Origin: the human T2T-CHM13v2.0 reference genome, Homo sapiens
Strand: one strand, 5' to 3'
DNA length: 64,000 nucleotides
NCBI RefSeq assembly: GCF_009914755.1
Contig: NC_060937.1
Both the position numbers and the translations under genes were made by a program. The notes beneath the pieces are model-generated. The model saw nothing but the letters and a program-made list of their open reading frames with translations, ran no database searches and had not been told where the DNA came from. This document shows positions 19,077 to 36,221 of the stretch, in pieces. Each line of letters starts with the position of its first letter. The stretch's first letter is position 1.

Positions 19077-20739
19077 GACAACACAAAGCCTTAGTGCCTG
19101 CCCTCTGCAAACTTAGTGTCTAGAGGAAGATACTGACAAATAGATGATTACAATACAACGGGGCTGAGAATGGGAACGGGAGAGCACAGCAACATGCCCT
19201 TTCTAGAGATGTAGCTCCAAGAGTCCACACCAAGCTTCAATGCAGCTAAGCCAGCCTACACTCAGTTCCCGGCACACCTCAGTCTTCCAGTCTCTGGTTA
19301 TTGGTTCAGACCACTCCTTCCACTTAAATGGAATGTTTATATTTTATGTTTATCAAATAAGCATCCATTTTTTAAAGGATTAATGAGCATTCGTCTACAA
19401 GATCCTTTTCTACCCAAGTCAAAGCCACCAATTCGTATTACCAAAATTTCCCAGGGCCCAGGGCCATGAGGTTTAGAGAGAGGGAGAATTTCCTCTCACC
19501 CCATAAAAGGCCTGCTTAGCAAGCTCCTCTTTCCAGTCTCAGAACTTCCCAGAGATGACAATGTGCAAGTCCATACCCTTCGGTGGAAGTGTTCCACCCC
19601 ATGCCCAGGAGCTGTATCAGGGGAGGCTATACCCATGCAGTGTGGGGGGCGAGGGAATGGGGATGTAGCTCTATCTCCCAAATTACCCAAAGAATGGACA
19701 GCTCCTTGCCTTTTCATTTTCAAATGTTTTATTGATACATAACATTCATATAGAAAATTGCACAAATCATAAGGTATAGCTAGATGAATTCTCTCGAAGG
19801 AATACCTCCCTCCATAAAACTACCCGGGTCAGCAACTATGTTTACACTTTTGATATGTCTTAAACTCTAGGTTATTCCATCTTAAAGAGTTGAGATTTGC
19901 TGAGCCCAGACCAAGTCTGTGTGGTCCCTTCTCCAGCACGAGGCCAAGGTGATGCCAGCCTGCTCTTCCTGTGCGCTTGGGGTCTCTGCTCCTCCTTCCA
20001 GCAAACAGCGAAGTTGGACCTAATATACACAGCTCCACAAGAACCACAGCAGTGTTTGCAGACAAGCCACAGTGTGAGTCCACAGGCAGAAAGAAGCCGT
20101 TTCCCAAAGGAAACATTGGCTGCAAAGATATACCTCTGCCTACCATGAAGACAGTCTTTGAATCCTTAAACAGGGCAGCAATGACTGCTTCCAGCCATAG
20201 CCTCTCAATTAAACAGCCCATTCAGGTAGACTTCTCTTAAAAAGGGACAGTTTCCATTAAAAGCATATTCAAGACTTTACCCCTTGCATGACTAGAAACC
20301 CTTGAGGGTGCTGAAATGATCTTTTCCCCATCTTTTATCTAATCCCAGAAATGTTTCAAAGAACTACAATTAAATTTCACTTTCCCCCAGAGGCCTCTGA
20401 AAGGAGGACGCTTCTCCCTAGCACACGACATAGGACAGGAAGCTTTGCCAGGAGATGGAGGCAGCAGAAGAGACATTTCACTGCGATCCTGGGACCACCT
20501 GCCATACCCACAAATACTCTCTTTCCTTCACGATCAGCTAAAGTGCAATTCCTGCTCAGCCTTTCATGCCCACTCCAGGGACCTCATCTGGTATTTGCCA
20601 AACACTTTCTCATATACTAAATCTTTTCACTTGCCCTGGTACTTTATGGTTACCTAAGGCTCAGACAAACTCATTAACTCCACAGACTTCCCAAACATCC
20701 CCTTGGTGCCAGACACTGAGTTAGGAGCTGAATACATCA

Positions 20740-21170
20740 GGGACAGCTTACTGATCACCAAATTTTATCTCCCCTTTTAATAAAGTTGTCCCTGGGAGCT
20801 GGCTTCCAGACCAGGAACTACATCTCCCATCCTCCTTGCATTAGATGGGGCCACGTGGCCATTTCTCAACAAAGGTAAGTGAGTAAAAGTGATGTGTGTC
20901 ATTCCTGAGAATAAGTGTTAAGAAGTGTGGCTGCCCTACCCCCTCTTCCCTTATCCACTGGCTGGATACAGAGGACTCCAAAGCAGCAAGGCATGGAAAA
21001 GCCACAGAGTAGGAGCCAGAGTCCCCAGATCACCAAGGAAGGGAAAATCACCCACCAACCCAGAATATCTGCATGGGCCTATTATGTGATTGAGAAATGG
21101 ATTTCCGCTGTGCTAAGCTACTGAAATATGTGGGATTATTTGTTACATCACTAGTATTACTCTGACTTTA
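20740..21170 (+). mobile_element. MLT1I/J-like LTR
   Basis: ACTACATCTCCCATCCTCCTTGCATTAGATGGGGCCACGTG core; TTTGTTACA near the end. Confidence 0.55.
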
Positions 21171-21250
21171 CAATGAACAAGATATGCTCTCTATCACAGA
21201 GATGCTGATGTACAGAACATTTAGTCTTGCATTTTAGAAATCTCTTTCTA

Positions 21251-21669
<419 letters not shown>

Positions 21670-22417
21670 CTATATATACATATATCTGTCAGCTATTAAT
21701 TTTATTTTTTCAAATCCAACATTTATTCTCCCTTCTTACAACATCCTAATTTTTCTTAATCCATGTAGTTTAAGTAGAACTGATTAAGTAGAACCAGTTC
21801 TAAAGGTCAATCAGAGCCATCAGAGCTACACTGGGGCCTTTTCTGGAAGAATGAGAGAGAGGCATCCTCTTTCCTCAGTGGTCTACTAAGAGATAGATTG
21901 TGGGACTGGTGCCCATGGCAGCCATCTTGCCTCCATCAGTGGAGATTGCTGAAAATGGAATGAAGGAGGAGAGGAGGTGGAGCGGGTTCAAACATCTGGC
22001 CTATGATCCATTTTCCTCTCAATCACTAGGGGGATTTGTAGGGAAAGAGGACAAATGACCTGGTCTAATTTATTTGTAAATATGCTGATAACTGACCTCT
22101 TGATAAATAGTTTCAAGAAGAAAAGTCCTTATTTATGGAATGTTGTTAGCAAGATTTCCTTGGCCTAGAACTGCTTATGGTAAACAAATGTAGAATCGAT
22201 GGATAAATGAGGCACATAAAAATTGAAAATGGCACATAAGCTCAGCAACAATCTTGGAAGAAAATGGAGATGTCTCATAATATAAACACTCCTTGCTGTG
22301 TAAGATGAACACAAACATTACTTAGAGACCTCATCTTATTGCTCTCAGCCAGAAAGTATGTCTCATACAGGAAAGAAGGACCTGGGGAACCACATGGGAT
22401 ATCTCACAGCTCTCTCT

Positions 22418-22987
22418 GTATTCAGTTATCTATTGCTGTGTAACAAATTTCTTCAAAATTTAATGGTTTAAACAACATCGTTTTATTCTCTCTTGTATTC
22501 TCTATGGGTCAGGAATTTGGACAGGGCACAGCTGGGTCAGATTTTCTTTGCTCCATAGTGTCTGAGGCCTCCCCTGGAAACACTGAGAAACTGGAAGTGA
22601 CTCAGTGGCTGGGGCTGGAATTGCCGGAAGTCCTGTTCACTCGCATGTCTGGAGATGGGTGCTGCCTGGGAGCTCAGCCCATGCTAAGGATGGCATTCCT
22701 CCCCACGTGGCCTCTCCACAGCTTTCTTTGCTTCCCCACAGCATAGTGGCTGGACTCCAAGACTGCAAATCCCAAGAGGAACAGGCAGAAGCCATATCAC
22801 CTTTTACGACCTAGACCCGAATGTCATCTAGTGCCACTTCTGTTGTGTTCACATGCCCACCCAGGTGCAATCGAAGGCAACATGGACCTCACCTCTTGAG
22901 GGAAAGGTGACAGTGTCACACAATGAGAAGGGCACATGGGATGGGAGAGCTTGCTGGGGCCATCATGGAAAGTGCAGTCTGCCTCAT
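22418..22987 (-). mobile_element. MLT1 (F/G/H-like) solo LTR
   Basis: TGTATTCAGTTATCTATTGCTGTGTAACAAA start; TGGGTCAGGAATTTGGACAGGGC. Confidence 0.78.
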
Positions 22988-23107
22988 GCTGGTTTCCCCT
23001 GTGCCGTCAGATTGCTTATATATTTGAAATTACTAGTAAAGGTGAGATCTCCAATTTGACAGAGGAGTTCAGAGTCAAGAGATAATGAACAAGAAAACGA
23101 CTTAATG

Positions 23108-23428
<321 letters not shown>

Positions 23429-23630
23429 ATAGTTAATAACCATGTCTGTGCTATATATCTGACTGTGCCTGAAGTCAAAATAATCCTAGCGCTGCCCAAC
23501 TGCATGAGCCAATACATCCTCCTTTTTATGTAAGCCTGTTTGAGTTTTCTTTCCCTTGTAATCAAAATATTTAAGAATAACATAGTGTGTATATATTATT
23601 TACCACCCTATAAGGTGGTACTTTAAACTG

Positions 23631-23945
<315 letters not shown>

Positions 23946-23963
23946 TAAAAATATATACATACT

Positions 23964-24190
23964 GGGCTGGGTATGGTGGTTCATACCTGGAGGCCAATAG
24001 TTCAAGACCAGCCTGTACCACATGGCAAGACTCCACCTCTACAAAAGAAATTTTTAATTAGCTAGGTGTGGTGGCTCATGCCCTGTCATCCCAGCACTTT
24101 GGGAGGCTGAGGCAGGAGGACTGCTTGAGGCCAGTAGTTCAAGATCAGCCTGGCAACATAGTGAGACCCTGTCTCTTCAAAAAGTAAAAA
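23964..24190 (+). mobile_element. Two tandem left-monomer (FLAM/AluJ) fragments
   Basis: GAGGCCA(A/G)TAGTTCAAGA..CAGCCTG occurs twice. Confidence 0.75.
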
Positions 24191-24549
24191 TAGAAATACA
24201 GATTTGGTCAGCAATAATACTTTTAAAAGCTGACTATAGACAAGACATTCTGCTAAGTGCTGAAGATAAATGGATCAACACAATAGGCAAGATTTCTGAC
24301 CTCATGGAGCTTCCTTCCAGCAAGAATCATTGTCATCGGATAAGTGACAGTTGAGGCCATGAGTGTGCATGAGGCCAACCAGGAATGTAGTCTTGGGTAA
24401 GTTGCAGACCACATTTCAGGGCTAAGCTGAGGCAAGGATCCCTCAAAGGAGATTGAGAAGTAATGGCCAGAGAGGGGAGATTAAAACCATAAGGAATGTC
24501 CTAAAAGCCACCCAGGAGAGAGTATGTAGACTATATATGAAAGTGTTTA

Positions 24550-24882
<333 letters not shown>

Positions 24883-25059
24883 TTATTATTTTTTGCTCTC
24901 ATCTCTACCTTTTTAAAATCATTTTTTAGGTATTTGCCTTACCTGAGTTTCTTGAGGATGGGGACATTTTCCACCTTGGTGCCCTTGAATGACCTGGTGA
25001 GTGTCTTCCATGCTAAGTCAGTGTTTGTGGAAGTATCATGTCTATTCATTATTGTGAGT

Positions 25060-25122
<63 letters not shown>
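25060..25122. repeat. Compound (GA)n(GT)n microsatellite
   Basis: Read directly. Confidence 0.97.
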
Positions 25123-25125
<3 letters not shown>

Positions 25126-26682
25126 GATAATCAAGCTACTTGAGGGCAGGGGCTGGAGAGAGGCTTTGGTTTGAGTTCTTTATCATCAGATGCCCTAGCA
25201 ATTCAGTCACTCAATCAATATGTGTTGAAGTTATTTATCCTCTGTTCCAGTAGCTAAGCCTTCATGTATGATCTCTGAGCTCAGATGTGCCGCCTGTAGG
25301 GAAACGCTTTGTTTACTGCTCTCTAATCCCTGTTGTTCCTTTGCACAGGGTGTTCTCACAGGACTATTTTCGTTTCATTGTTAGAATCAAGGTTTCCAAG
25401 ACTAATAAGCAGAGCACTTGACCTAAACAAACCAGTTCAGCTGAGATATGAATAGGCAGCCATAGCTGCACAGAAATCATGACCAGAAAGGACCTAAGGG
25501 GCATCTAGTGATGGATGAGTCTAGGCCAGCCCCCTTGTTACACAAGTGAGGAATAAGTATACAGAGAATTTCCAAAAATTGTCCAAGGACACAGCTAGTT
25601 AATGGCAGAGCTAGAATTGGAATTGAATACACAGACTCCCAGGCCTTTGATCCTTATACCATTCCCAAGGTTTCCTCTTAAACTGAGTTCATCTATAAGC
25701 CTCGAGTACTGCACCCTAAGTGATTCTGCAATTCACATATGATGTGATTAATGCTCCAGAGGGACTGCTAATAGTCCAGCTCTCTGGGTGGGCACAGATG
25801 AACGAATACATGAATTGCTGATCACACCACTGCATGGTTATTTCCATACTTATATACTAATGTTTCTAATCAACATTCATTATGGCATAATATTTGTAAA
25901 GGCCTGAGACTGGAAAGTTCTTCAGACTCAGATCTTATACTCTTTGCAAGACCTTTGTATCACCATCTTTCTTTAAGCAGCTGCCACTTTAGGGCAGCTG
26001 GATGAGAAAATACCATCAATCATGCAAAGCAACAGCAGCAGCAGCAACTTTAAAGTGGTCGTCGCTCCTGTCATCTCACCTTAGGTCCTAATCCTTTTGT
26101 GACACGATCGTCTTCTCCAGTGGCAACTAATTATGATGTCACAAATAGAGGATTATAACTGTAGTCGAGGAACAAACAGTAGGAGAAGAAAGATCCTGTT
26201 TCCATGTCAGTGTTTCTGGAAAATTTGCTTTTAGGGAAAACACAAAATAGAAAATTGACTTTAATTTCACATTTAATAATAAGAAGAATAAGAATATCTA
26301 ACATGTCTTGAGTCTCTTTCTAAGAGCCAAATACTTTGCTGAGTTCTTTTTCACATACGTGATCCCAGTTAATATCTATAACAGTCCTGCAAAGGAGAAA
26401 TTAGTCACAATTCACCAAAATGGAAAAGTAGATTTAGAAAGGTTAAGTGAATTCTCCAGAGTTTTTGTAGCTAGCAAGTGGCAGAACCAAAATTTCCTAC
26501 AAGTGAGCTATGGGATGAAATTAGATCTTCAAAATGTGGAATAAGATATGGAAAAATTCCATAGACCCATAGGTTCTTAAACCACAAATGGCAGACAGAA
26601 GTTATTGTCCCTTTTATAGATGAAGTTCCTGACACCTGGAGATGTTAAAAAGCTTTCCCAAATTCCCAGAGTTAGTAAGTAG

Positions 26683-27048
<366 letters not shown>

Positions 27049-27392
27049 TAACTTTAATCATTACTGAGCATCTAATATATACTAGGAACTGTTCTGGACA
27101 CATAAATCATCTCATTGAATTCTTGCAACAATCTTATCAGGCAGTTATCACTATCCTCATTTTATAGATTAGGAAATTGAGGCAAAGAGAAATGGAAAAT
27201 TTAAATACACCAAAACCCAGGTCTCCCTACCTCTGGTTTGACTTATATCACGTTATGTACTAAACACTGGAAGACTGAATTTCCTTCATCATCAGAAAAA
27301 TAAGCTTTCACTCACCTACCACGTGCTTCAAATTTCTGCCATTTGATTCATTCCTCCCAAATTATGATATTATATTATTAGAAGAAAATGTC

Positions 27393-27692
<300 letters not shown>

Positions 27693-29219
27693 TCAAACGT
27701 CCACCAATATCCATCTTCCCCTCCTCATTACTAAGTCCCCTTGCAGTTTGCAGTGGAATGTAAGGAGAAGCAAAACATGCTACCTACCTCTGGCCTCCAC
27801 CTCAAGACCATGGGTGTGTCTCCTTTGTGTGCCCTTCCCTGTGGCTGGACATTGACATGAAGGCACCTGAGCTTCAGCTACATGGATGAGAGCAACACCC
27901 TCAGAGATGGTGGAAAAGTGAAATGGAAGAAGCCTAAATCCTTGAATGACTCTTTGGAGCAGACCCACCTACCAATCTGGCACATTTACTTCATACTGTT
28001 TTCTGAGAAAGAGGAAAAATTCTGTCCTTTTTGAGCCACCAAATTATTGAGCAATAATAAATATCTATTGTTTTAAGCCACTGAGTTACCTTGTCACATA
28101 GCAGTAGCAGCTGATGCAGGTAGTATACTGAACATCTTTCACCAGGCCTCTTCATGGTTCTAGCAACAGGAAGTGACTAGCTAAGCAGAAGATAATTTCT
28201 TGAAAGACTATTGCATGATCCATAGAATTAAGAGGAAGCCTGCAGAAGCAACTTCAGGAAAACAGGCAGGAAGAAGGGAAGTTAGGCAGTTGGACTTATG
28301 TCCCAAAATTATTATACCATAGGAACCACTTGGCGATGTCACCCCAGTGGCCACTGCAGGACCCTGGACACTAGACTCCAGAGCTAACAGCAGGAACTGG
28401 ACGTCATATGTGTCACCATGACCACCATGGCTCCTGGAGTCCGTTGTCACTGCTATCAGAACAAATTTCCCCCCATCCTTGCTTCCTTGCCTCTCTTGTG
28501 CCAGAGTCTAAGCCAAGGCCAGAAACTCCGACTGGCCATAGCTAGATTAAGTACCCAAGCTTTGCCTGCTCAGGAAGGGGGTACGTAGCCAGCTTTTTCA
28601 GCAATTCTAGTCCCATTACGACTCCTATAGGAGAGATGTTCAGTTGTCAGGCAGCCAAAACATAAAAATAAAAAACTACAAATTGTCCTCCCAGAAGAAA
28701 AATGCTTCCAGATCAATATGGTTCTGTGGAAACTCTCAGGTTTTAAAAGCTCTCTGATGGCTGTTGGTTCCTCCAAGCTCTTTATATTCAACTTCCTGGT
28801 TTATCTTCATCAGGGGCTCTTTCCATTATGAGTGACAGAAACTTAATTAAAACTATTACGGTATTTTTTTCAAAAAGAAGAGGGCTTACAGGCGCAAACA
28901 AGTAAAAAGCACAGGCATGTCTGGGTTCAAGGGCCTGCATGATGTCATCGGGCCCCTTCTCTCCCAGTCTCTGCTCTGTGTCCTCGAAGGCCCTCCATTG
29001 TCACTGTGGTCCCCCCGTCACTGTGGCAAGACACAGGGCTGCCTCCTGAGGCATGCGTTCTCTCCTCCTCATGCACCCAGACCAGAGAGAGATCCTCTCC
29101 CCAGCAGTTCACAAAAATCTTGGGATGGCATCTCAATGGGATCTAACATGTCATTGCTGAGCCAGCCACCAAGGGCAGGGAGTACAGCAGGTCACATTGC
29201 TACACCGAAAGACAGCTCC

Positions 29220-29546
<327 letters not shown>

Positions 29547-29850
29547 TCAAACCAAAGGGCAGTGAATGCAGGCTTGCATTCACTCAGGAAAAGCAGGCTG
29601 CTAATATCAGAGGGAAAAGGGAAAGGAAGCCGGGTAGGCAAAAACAAGAGATGTCTATTACAAGGGTCAATCAGCGGCCTAGCCCAGGGTCCCACGGGTT
29701 GCAACAGAGGTTTTAAAATATAAACCAAATAAAGGAGCCCCAAGAAATCAGGGGTCTATCGCCCACCTTCTGTGAAGCTTAGCTTTGCACTAACAATATA
29801 GACCTAAGCATTTGTCTGAAAGGATAAAAACACAGTTTGCTGTAGTAGAA

Positions 29851-30084
29851 CAGGGTGTCTCAACCTCGGCACTGTGGACATTTGGGGCTGGCTGATTCTT
29901 TGTTGTGGGGGTTGCTGTGTGCGTTGTAGGATGTTTAGTAGCATCCCTGATCTCTGTCTGCCCACTGGATGCCAATACCACTCCCACCTTCAACTGCTGC
30001 TGTGAAACCAAAAATGTCTCCAGACATTGGCAAACATCCCCTGCGAGGAGAAATTGCTGCCCCATCCCCCACTGAAAACCACCA
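29851..30084 (+). mobile_element. MER20 (hAT-Charlie)
   Basis: TCTCAACCTCGGCACTGTGGACATTTGGGGCTGG..AAAAATGTCTCCAGACATTG..GAAAACCAC. Confidence 0.85.
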
Positions 30085-30458
30085 CGGTAGAAAGCATGAG
30101 AGCAGAAAGTTCTAAACATGAGGCTCAGCCGGGTCCCTCTGAAGTCCTGGGGCCTACACAGTTGGAGTCCGGGACAGGAGAACTGGCTTTGTAGAGGCTG
30201 GATAACAGAGCCAGAGATCTCCAGGCCTGTTCAAATCCTTGTTTGGGCCTGGCCTCAGTGGCCCCAGGGTCTCTCCTCTAATTCAAGTTTAACGTGATCA
30301 CAAGTTCTACCACTTACTGAGTGCCTTACAAGGCCTCCCCAGGTGCACTTTCTCACTTAACCATCACATCGACACTCCAGTACAGGTGTTACCTTCATTT
30401 CACAAAGGCAGAAACTGAAGCTCTGAGAAATTAACTGCCCCCAAAATCACAGTTAGTA

Positions 30459-30754
30459 GGCCGGGTGCAGTGGCTCACCCATGTAATCCCAGCACTTTAG
30501 GAAGCTGAGGTAGGTGGATCACTTGAGCCCAGGAGTTCGAGACCAGCCTGGCCAACATGGCGAAATCCCATCTCTACTAAAAAATACAAAAAATTAGCCA
30601 GGCATGGTGGCACACTCCTGTAACCCCAGCTACTCAGGAGGCTGAGGAGGGTCAGCTGAGCCCAGGAGGTCAAGGCTGCAGTGAGCCGAGATCGCACCAC
30701 TGCACAATAGCCTGGGCAACCGGAGTGAGACCCTGTCTCAAAAAAAAAAAAAAA
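30459..30754 (+). mobile_element. Alu (Jb/Sz) inserted in a MIR
   Basis: TSD AAAAT(C/T)ACAGTTAGTA on both sides; MIR core upstream. Confidence 0.93.
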
Positions 30755-31319
30755 TTACAGTTAGTAAATGCCCGAACTGGGATTCAAATCGATGTCTTGG
30801 TCTCCAGGGTCCTTGCCCAGTTCCAATATACCCTGGGGCCTCTCTGCATTTCCACCTTTGGTGGTATTCCCCATCCAGGCTCCCATGACTGTGGTTTCTG
30901 TTCCAGGTTCTCATTTCTTTGAGATTTTATTTTATACTTTCTCTTATTCTTCTCTCTGAACTATGTGGATTATGCTTTAAGAACTTAAATCTCTTTATCT
31001 CTCTACAGGTCTAAAATAACAAAGGAACCTAATGACAGTAATGATAACTATTGCTCACCCTCACATGAATGACCATACTTCACTATTTCTCTTGGAGATC
31101 TGGGCATTTTAAAGATTTGTTTCATGCATTGATTTAGAATTACAGGATTTAAATTTATCACTTAAGAGGCATCATAGCATGCTGAAGGGGCAAATGCCTG
31201 GGACTCAGAGGACCTGGGTTTTCACTCTGGTCCTGCTGCAGACATGCTGTGTGACCTCAAGAAAATGACTTAACATCTCTGGATCTCATTTGTTCAACTA
31301 TAAAATTGGGAGTCTGGAA

Positions 31320-31614
<295 letters not shown>

Positions 31615-32835
31615 CAGCCTGGAATTATCAATCTACAAGAATTCTTCCAGCAATTTGATGAAGGCACTAGTCTAAAGTTAACTCCATAACCATTTAAAAA
31701 ATCTTTAAAATATTCAGAATAGGTTTAAAATAAGTAGCAAGTGCTGCTTCACCGGGAGGTGGCTGGAGAGAGCTCTCTGAGTAAAATAACAGCTTATAGT
31801 TGACTTCAGTTCCATGAGGACAGAGAAGGGGGCAGGGCTGTGTCACCTGAGTCTTGATATAAACATTAATTAAAAATGCATGCCCAGGCAGAAGGAGGAC
31901 ACCCGGTGCATTAGTGATGGCCCTCGGATGTCTACGTTGCAGGATTGACAGGGATCTGGACAGGAGGCAGGAGGTGAAGCATGCCTTGAGGCCCTGCCGA
32001 GGAACAGGGTGGACAGAGAGCCGGCTCAGAAGTCTCTCCCCATGGGGTTTAGGGTGTAACCCTGGCACAGAAGGAGCCGACCACTGAGTATTAGGTGAGC
32101 ATGTTTCATTTAGCAAGAGACGTGGGGACAGACACTGCATCTCTCACACCCCAGAGCACTCACAGGCCAGCCCCCAGCCTTCTGCCTCGAAGCCTGCAGG
32201 CCATGACAGAAAACAGCTACACCACAGTCAGAAACGGGAGCCCTGAAGCAGAAAGGCCTGTCCCTCCTGCCAGGAGCCAGTGACCTCTGGAGATAGGAAG
32301 GACTTTGTAGCGTGGGCACCCTCCCTCGCTCTCCCTCTCTCTCGCTGATCCCTAGGCCAGCTGCTGTCCAGTCGTTTCTGTTTTGAATCCTCTAATGGAT
32401 CCTCAAAGCCTAAGAATCGGAAACTTATCTAAGCTTTGTGGTAGAGAAGGTTGGAGAACTCGAGGACAAACCCCTGGGGAATAGCCAGAGAAAGGAGTCT
32501 CCCCCTCTTTCTGCCTCCACCATAGGCCATGTCCCTTCCCACCTCCTGCTGCCTGGCCACAAACTCCATGTGGGACTATGGCCCAGTGGATCTGAGAAGC
32601 CACCCACTTCCTCCCCCGGCTCCTCAAGTCCTGTGCAAATACAAAGGTCAAGCTAGGTAAGCACAGGTTTCTGTCCTGGTCACAGTAACAGGGAGTCTGT
32701 TGCAAGCAATGGAGAGGATTTTGGAATGTCGCATAGCTCCTGGCTGGGCAAGGTGGCTGGGAGTCATCCCGCCTGCAGGTAGACAGAGGGTGTGGAGCTC
32801 AGGGATCATGAGTAAGCAGTGGGAAGTGGACATTG

Positions 32836-33160
32836 GTTTTTGTTTTGGCTTGGGGTGTGGGTTTTTTTTGGTTTTTATTTATTTATTTATTTTTGGGACA
32901 GCTCTATTACCCAGGCTGGACTGCAGTGGTGGAATCATAGCAAACTCCTGGGCTCAAGTGATCCTCACACCTCAGCCTCCCAAATAGCTGGGACTACAGG
33001 TGTGTGCCAACACGCCCAGCTAATTTTTTAAAGTATTTTGTAGAGGCAGGGGGTCTCACTATATTGCCCAGGCTGATCTCAAACCCCTGGCCTCAAGTGA
33101 TCCTCCCGTCTTGGCCTTCTAAAGTGCTGGGATTACAGGTGTGAGCCGCTGTGCTCAGCC
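32836..33160 (-). mobile_element. AluJ
   Basis: Reverse dimer with partly deleted right arm. Confidence 0.88.
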
Positions 33161-34862
33161 CAAGAACGGACACCTTGAGAGTGGCTAGACTTAGAGTCTG
33201 TATAGCAGAAGCACGTAGGCTGAGAAGACGGATTACAAAAAACATCATAGTAAAATTTCCTCCTCAACACAGATGAGATGCTGTGTTTCCAGTGCCAGAT
33301 CACTTTAGGATTATCAGGAAGTACAATGGTGAGAACAGTCATATAAAAAGTTTGCAAAAATTCTAAAGTCACAGCTAAAAGAATAGTCAGCAGTGGCTCC
33401 TCTGTGCCTTCCAAGCTTTTAGCGATGTGCTAAGAAAGCTTCACTGACTCCTCCAGGCAGAATGAAGCATCCTCCATCCACTCGACCCATACCTCCTCTA
33501 TTACATCCAGAGAGGGTGTGGCCTTCATCTGCTTTGTTTACCCTTGGACTCTCAGTATTTGGAACAGACTCTGGCACATGGGAGAGACTCAACTATCTGA
33601 AGGTTGGATGAATAAATGAATGATGATTTATAATTATTCATCTTCCTACTAAACCATATACCCCTTTAAATAATTATTTTTATATCCACAGCCCCTGTAG
33701 CAGTGTCTGGTACACACTACGTGATGATTAAATGTTTTCTGAATGAAGTGAAAGTTTCTGACGCCAACAGCAGGCACTGTTTGCTCTCTGGCTGTCCTGG
33801 GAATTGGGCACTCCCACCCCACACCCTCATCCCTCATCTAAGATTTAGATGAATTTCTGAGTTTTTCTCTTGACAAGGAATACATTCACTTCTTTCCCCT
33901 CCAAACACATGTGTGCGAATCATTTGTTTTGGCTAAAGATCAAGCCAGGCAAACACCTAGCCCCCTCTAACGTCAGAAAAACAAACATAGGATAAATTGA
34001 GGATGCAGCTTCAAGAGGAGAAAATGTCTACCCCTTTTGGCTCATTTGGGGAGTTTATTTTATAAGAAACTGTATTTGTAGGATTATAAATGAGAACGTC
34101 CAGACCTCCCAGGCTCTATGTGGGGACGCTAAACCTCCCCCATCAATCCCCTCAGGGTGTGTGGCTCCGGGACAGCACCCCCACCACCATATCTGCATAA
34201 TAGACATAATTACTATTATCAGGGTGAGTGACAGAAACACTGTCATTAAAGATGTTGCATAATCTTACTTTTTTGTTTTTGCTTATGGTAAATTAAGATA
34301 GTTTTGCTCTTGCCTTGAAAGGATTCAGCTGTCCAGCTTCTCCTCCCATCCTCCTTCCTCCCGCCCTCCCAACCCATTTCCCTCCCCCGTTCCCCCAATT
34401 CCTCCTCCCTTTTGTTCCTATACCCATTATCCATGGACTGGACTCCCAATATTTTTCTCTGGACTCTAACCAAAAGCCTCACCTTTGTCCTTTCAATGTT
34501 GGGTTGAGACGTGTTCCCTGATTGGGTCACCATCCTCTGTTCAGGAGTCTGGGGAGCCATTCCTCCTGACCCCCACCCCAGCGGGCTGTCCAACTGTCTT
34601 GTCCTGGAATTACTGCTATGTCCAGGCTTCCGGAACTTCAGAAACGCATTTGTTGCACAGAACTCTCGGCTGTGGCTTGTTGGTGCAGTGGGAACTGAGC
34701 TTTATTTAGGTGGTGGTGTTTGAAGTAACTCCAGTGGTAGAGAAGCATGGGGCAAAGGCTAATCTTTGGCTGGAAGTGGATACCAGTTCTGAAAAGCAGG
34801 GAGTCTGAGCAGAAAGCCCACATGTTAATAAAAAACTAAAAGCAATTATAAAATTACCATTC

Positions 34863-35283
34863 GTATCAGTTTCCTAGGGCTGCAATTACTAAAAATTACC
34901 GTTAACTGGGTGGCTTAAAACAAGAGTGTACTCTCTCACAGTTATGGAGGCTGGTGCCACACACCATGTGCCACACGCCATGCTCCCTGGGAAACCTCTA
35001 GGGGAGGAGCCTTCCTTCCCTCTTAGCTTCCGGTGGCTCCTGGCTATCCTTGGCATTCCTTGGCTTGTAGATTTGTCACTCCAATCTCTGCCTGTGTCTT
35101 CACTTGAGCTTCTTTCCTCTGTGTCTGTCTCTGAGTGTCCCCACCTCTTTCAAAAACACCAGTCATTGGATACAGGGCCCACTTTAATCCAATATGATCT
35201 CATCTTAATTACATTTGCAAAGACCCTGTTTCCAAATTGGAGTGGACAAGAATTTGGGAGGGACACTGTTCAACCCAGTACAC
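34863..35283 (-). mobile_element. MLT1B/C solo LTR
   Basis: GTATCAGTTTCCTAGGGCTGC..GGGTGGCTTAAAACAA start; TTCAACCCAGTACA end. Confidence 0.8.
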
Positions 35284-35471
35284 AATTTAAAAGACATAGG
35301 AAGAGAAACAAAATTTTAAGGCATTTTCTCTGGGTTTTTGTTTTTTTTTTTTTCATATTCTCTTGCATAGCTTTCATATATCCTCTAGGGGAGAAGGGAA
35401 GCAATAAAAGGATATATTTTAATTTCTTGGTGGTAAAAATAAACTAAACCAATTTAAAAAAAAATAAGAAG

Positions 35472-35678
35472 CATTGGTTCTCAAGCAGGAGCAATTTTTG
35501 CCTCCGAGGAAACACTTGGCAATGTCTGGAGACATTTTTCCTTGTCATGACTAGGTGAGTGTCGCTGGCACCTAGAGATCAGGGATGCTATTAAACATCC
35601 TACAACGCACAGATCAGCCCTTCACACAAAGGATTATCCAGCTCAAAACATCAGTAGTGCCGAGGTTGAGAAGCTCTG
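35472..35678 (-). mobile_element. MER20
   Basis: TTGGCAATGTCTGGAGACATTTTT..AGTGCCGAGGTTGAGAA. Confidence 0.85.
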
Positions 35679-35836
35679 ATCTGGCATGTAGAAAATCTCT
35701 TTAAAACCACGCTTTGATCATATTTCTCTCCTACTCAAATTGCTGCACATTATCTTTGAGAATTCAAGCTCCTTGGCCTTTCAAACCTTCCAGAATTTTC
35801 CCCAGGGTTCTCTTTCCAGCCTTGTCTCTCTCTCTC

Positions 35837-36156
35837 TTTTATTTATTTATTTATTTATTCTATTTATTTATTTTTGAGACAGAGTCTCACTCTGTCTCGC
35901 AGGCTGGAGTGCAGTGGCACCATCTCGGCTCACTACAACTTCCACCTCCCGAGTTCAAGGATTCTCTTGCCTCAGCCTCCCGAGCAGCTGGGACTACAGG
36001 CGCCTGCCCCATTAGCTGGCTAATTTTTTGTATTTTTAGTACAGACAGGGTTTCGCCATGTTGGCCAGGCTGGTCTGGAACTCCTGACCTCAGGTGATCC
36101 TCCCGCCTTGACCTCCCCAAGTGCTGGGATTACAGGCGTGAGCCACCGCACCAGGC
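35837..36156 (-). mobile_element. AluSx-like with (TTTA)n tail
   Basis: Reverse dimer. Confidence 0.94.
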
Positions 36157-36221
36157 CTCTCTCTCTTTTTTTTTTACAGCAAGAATTGTTTTTATTATTT
36201 TTCTTCAAAATTGCCTTGACT

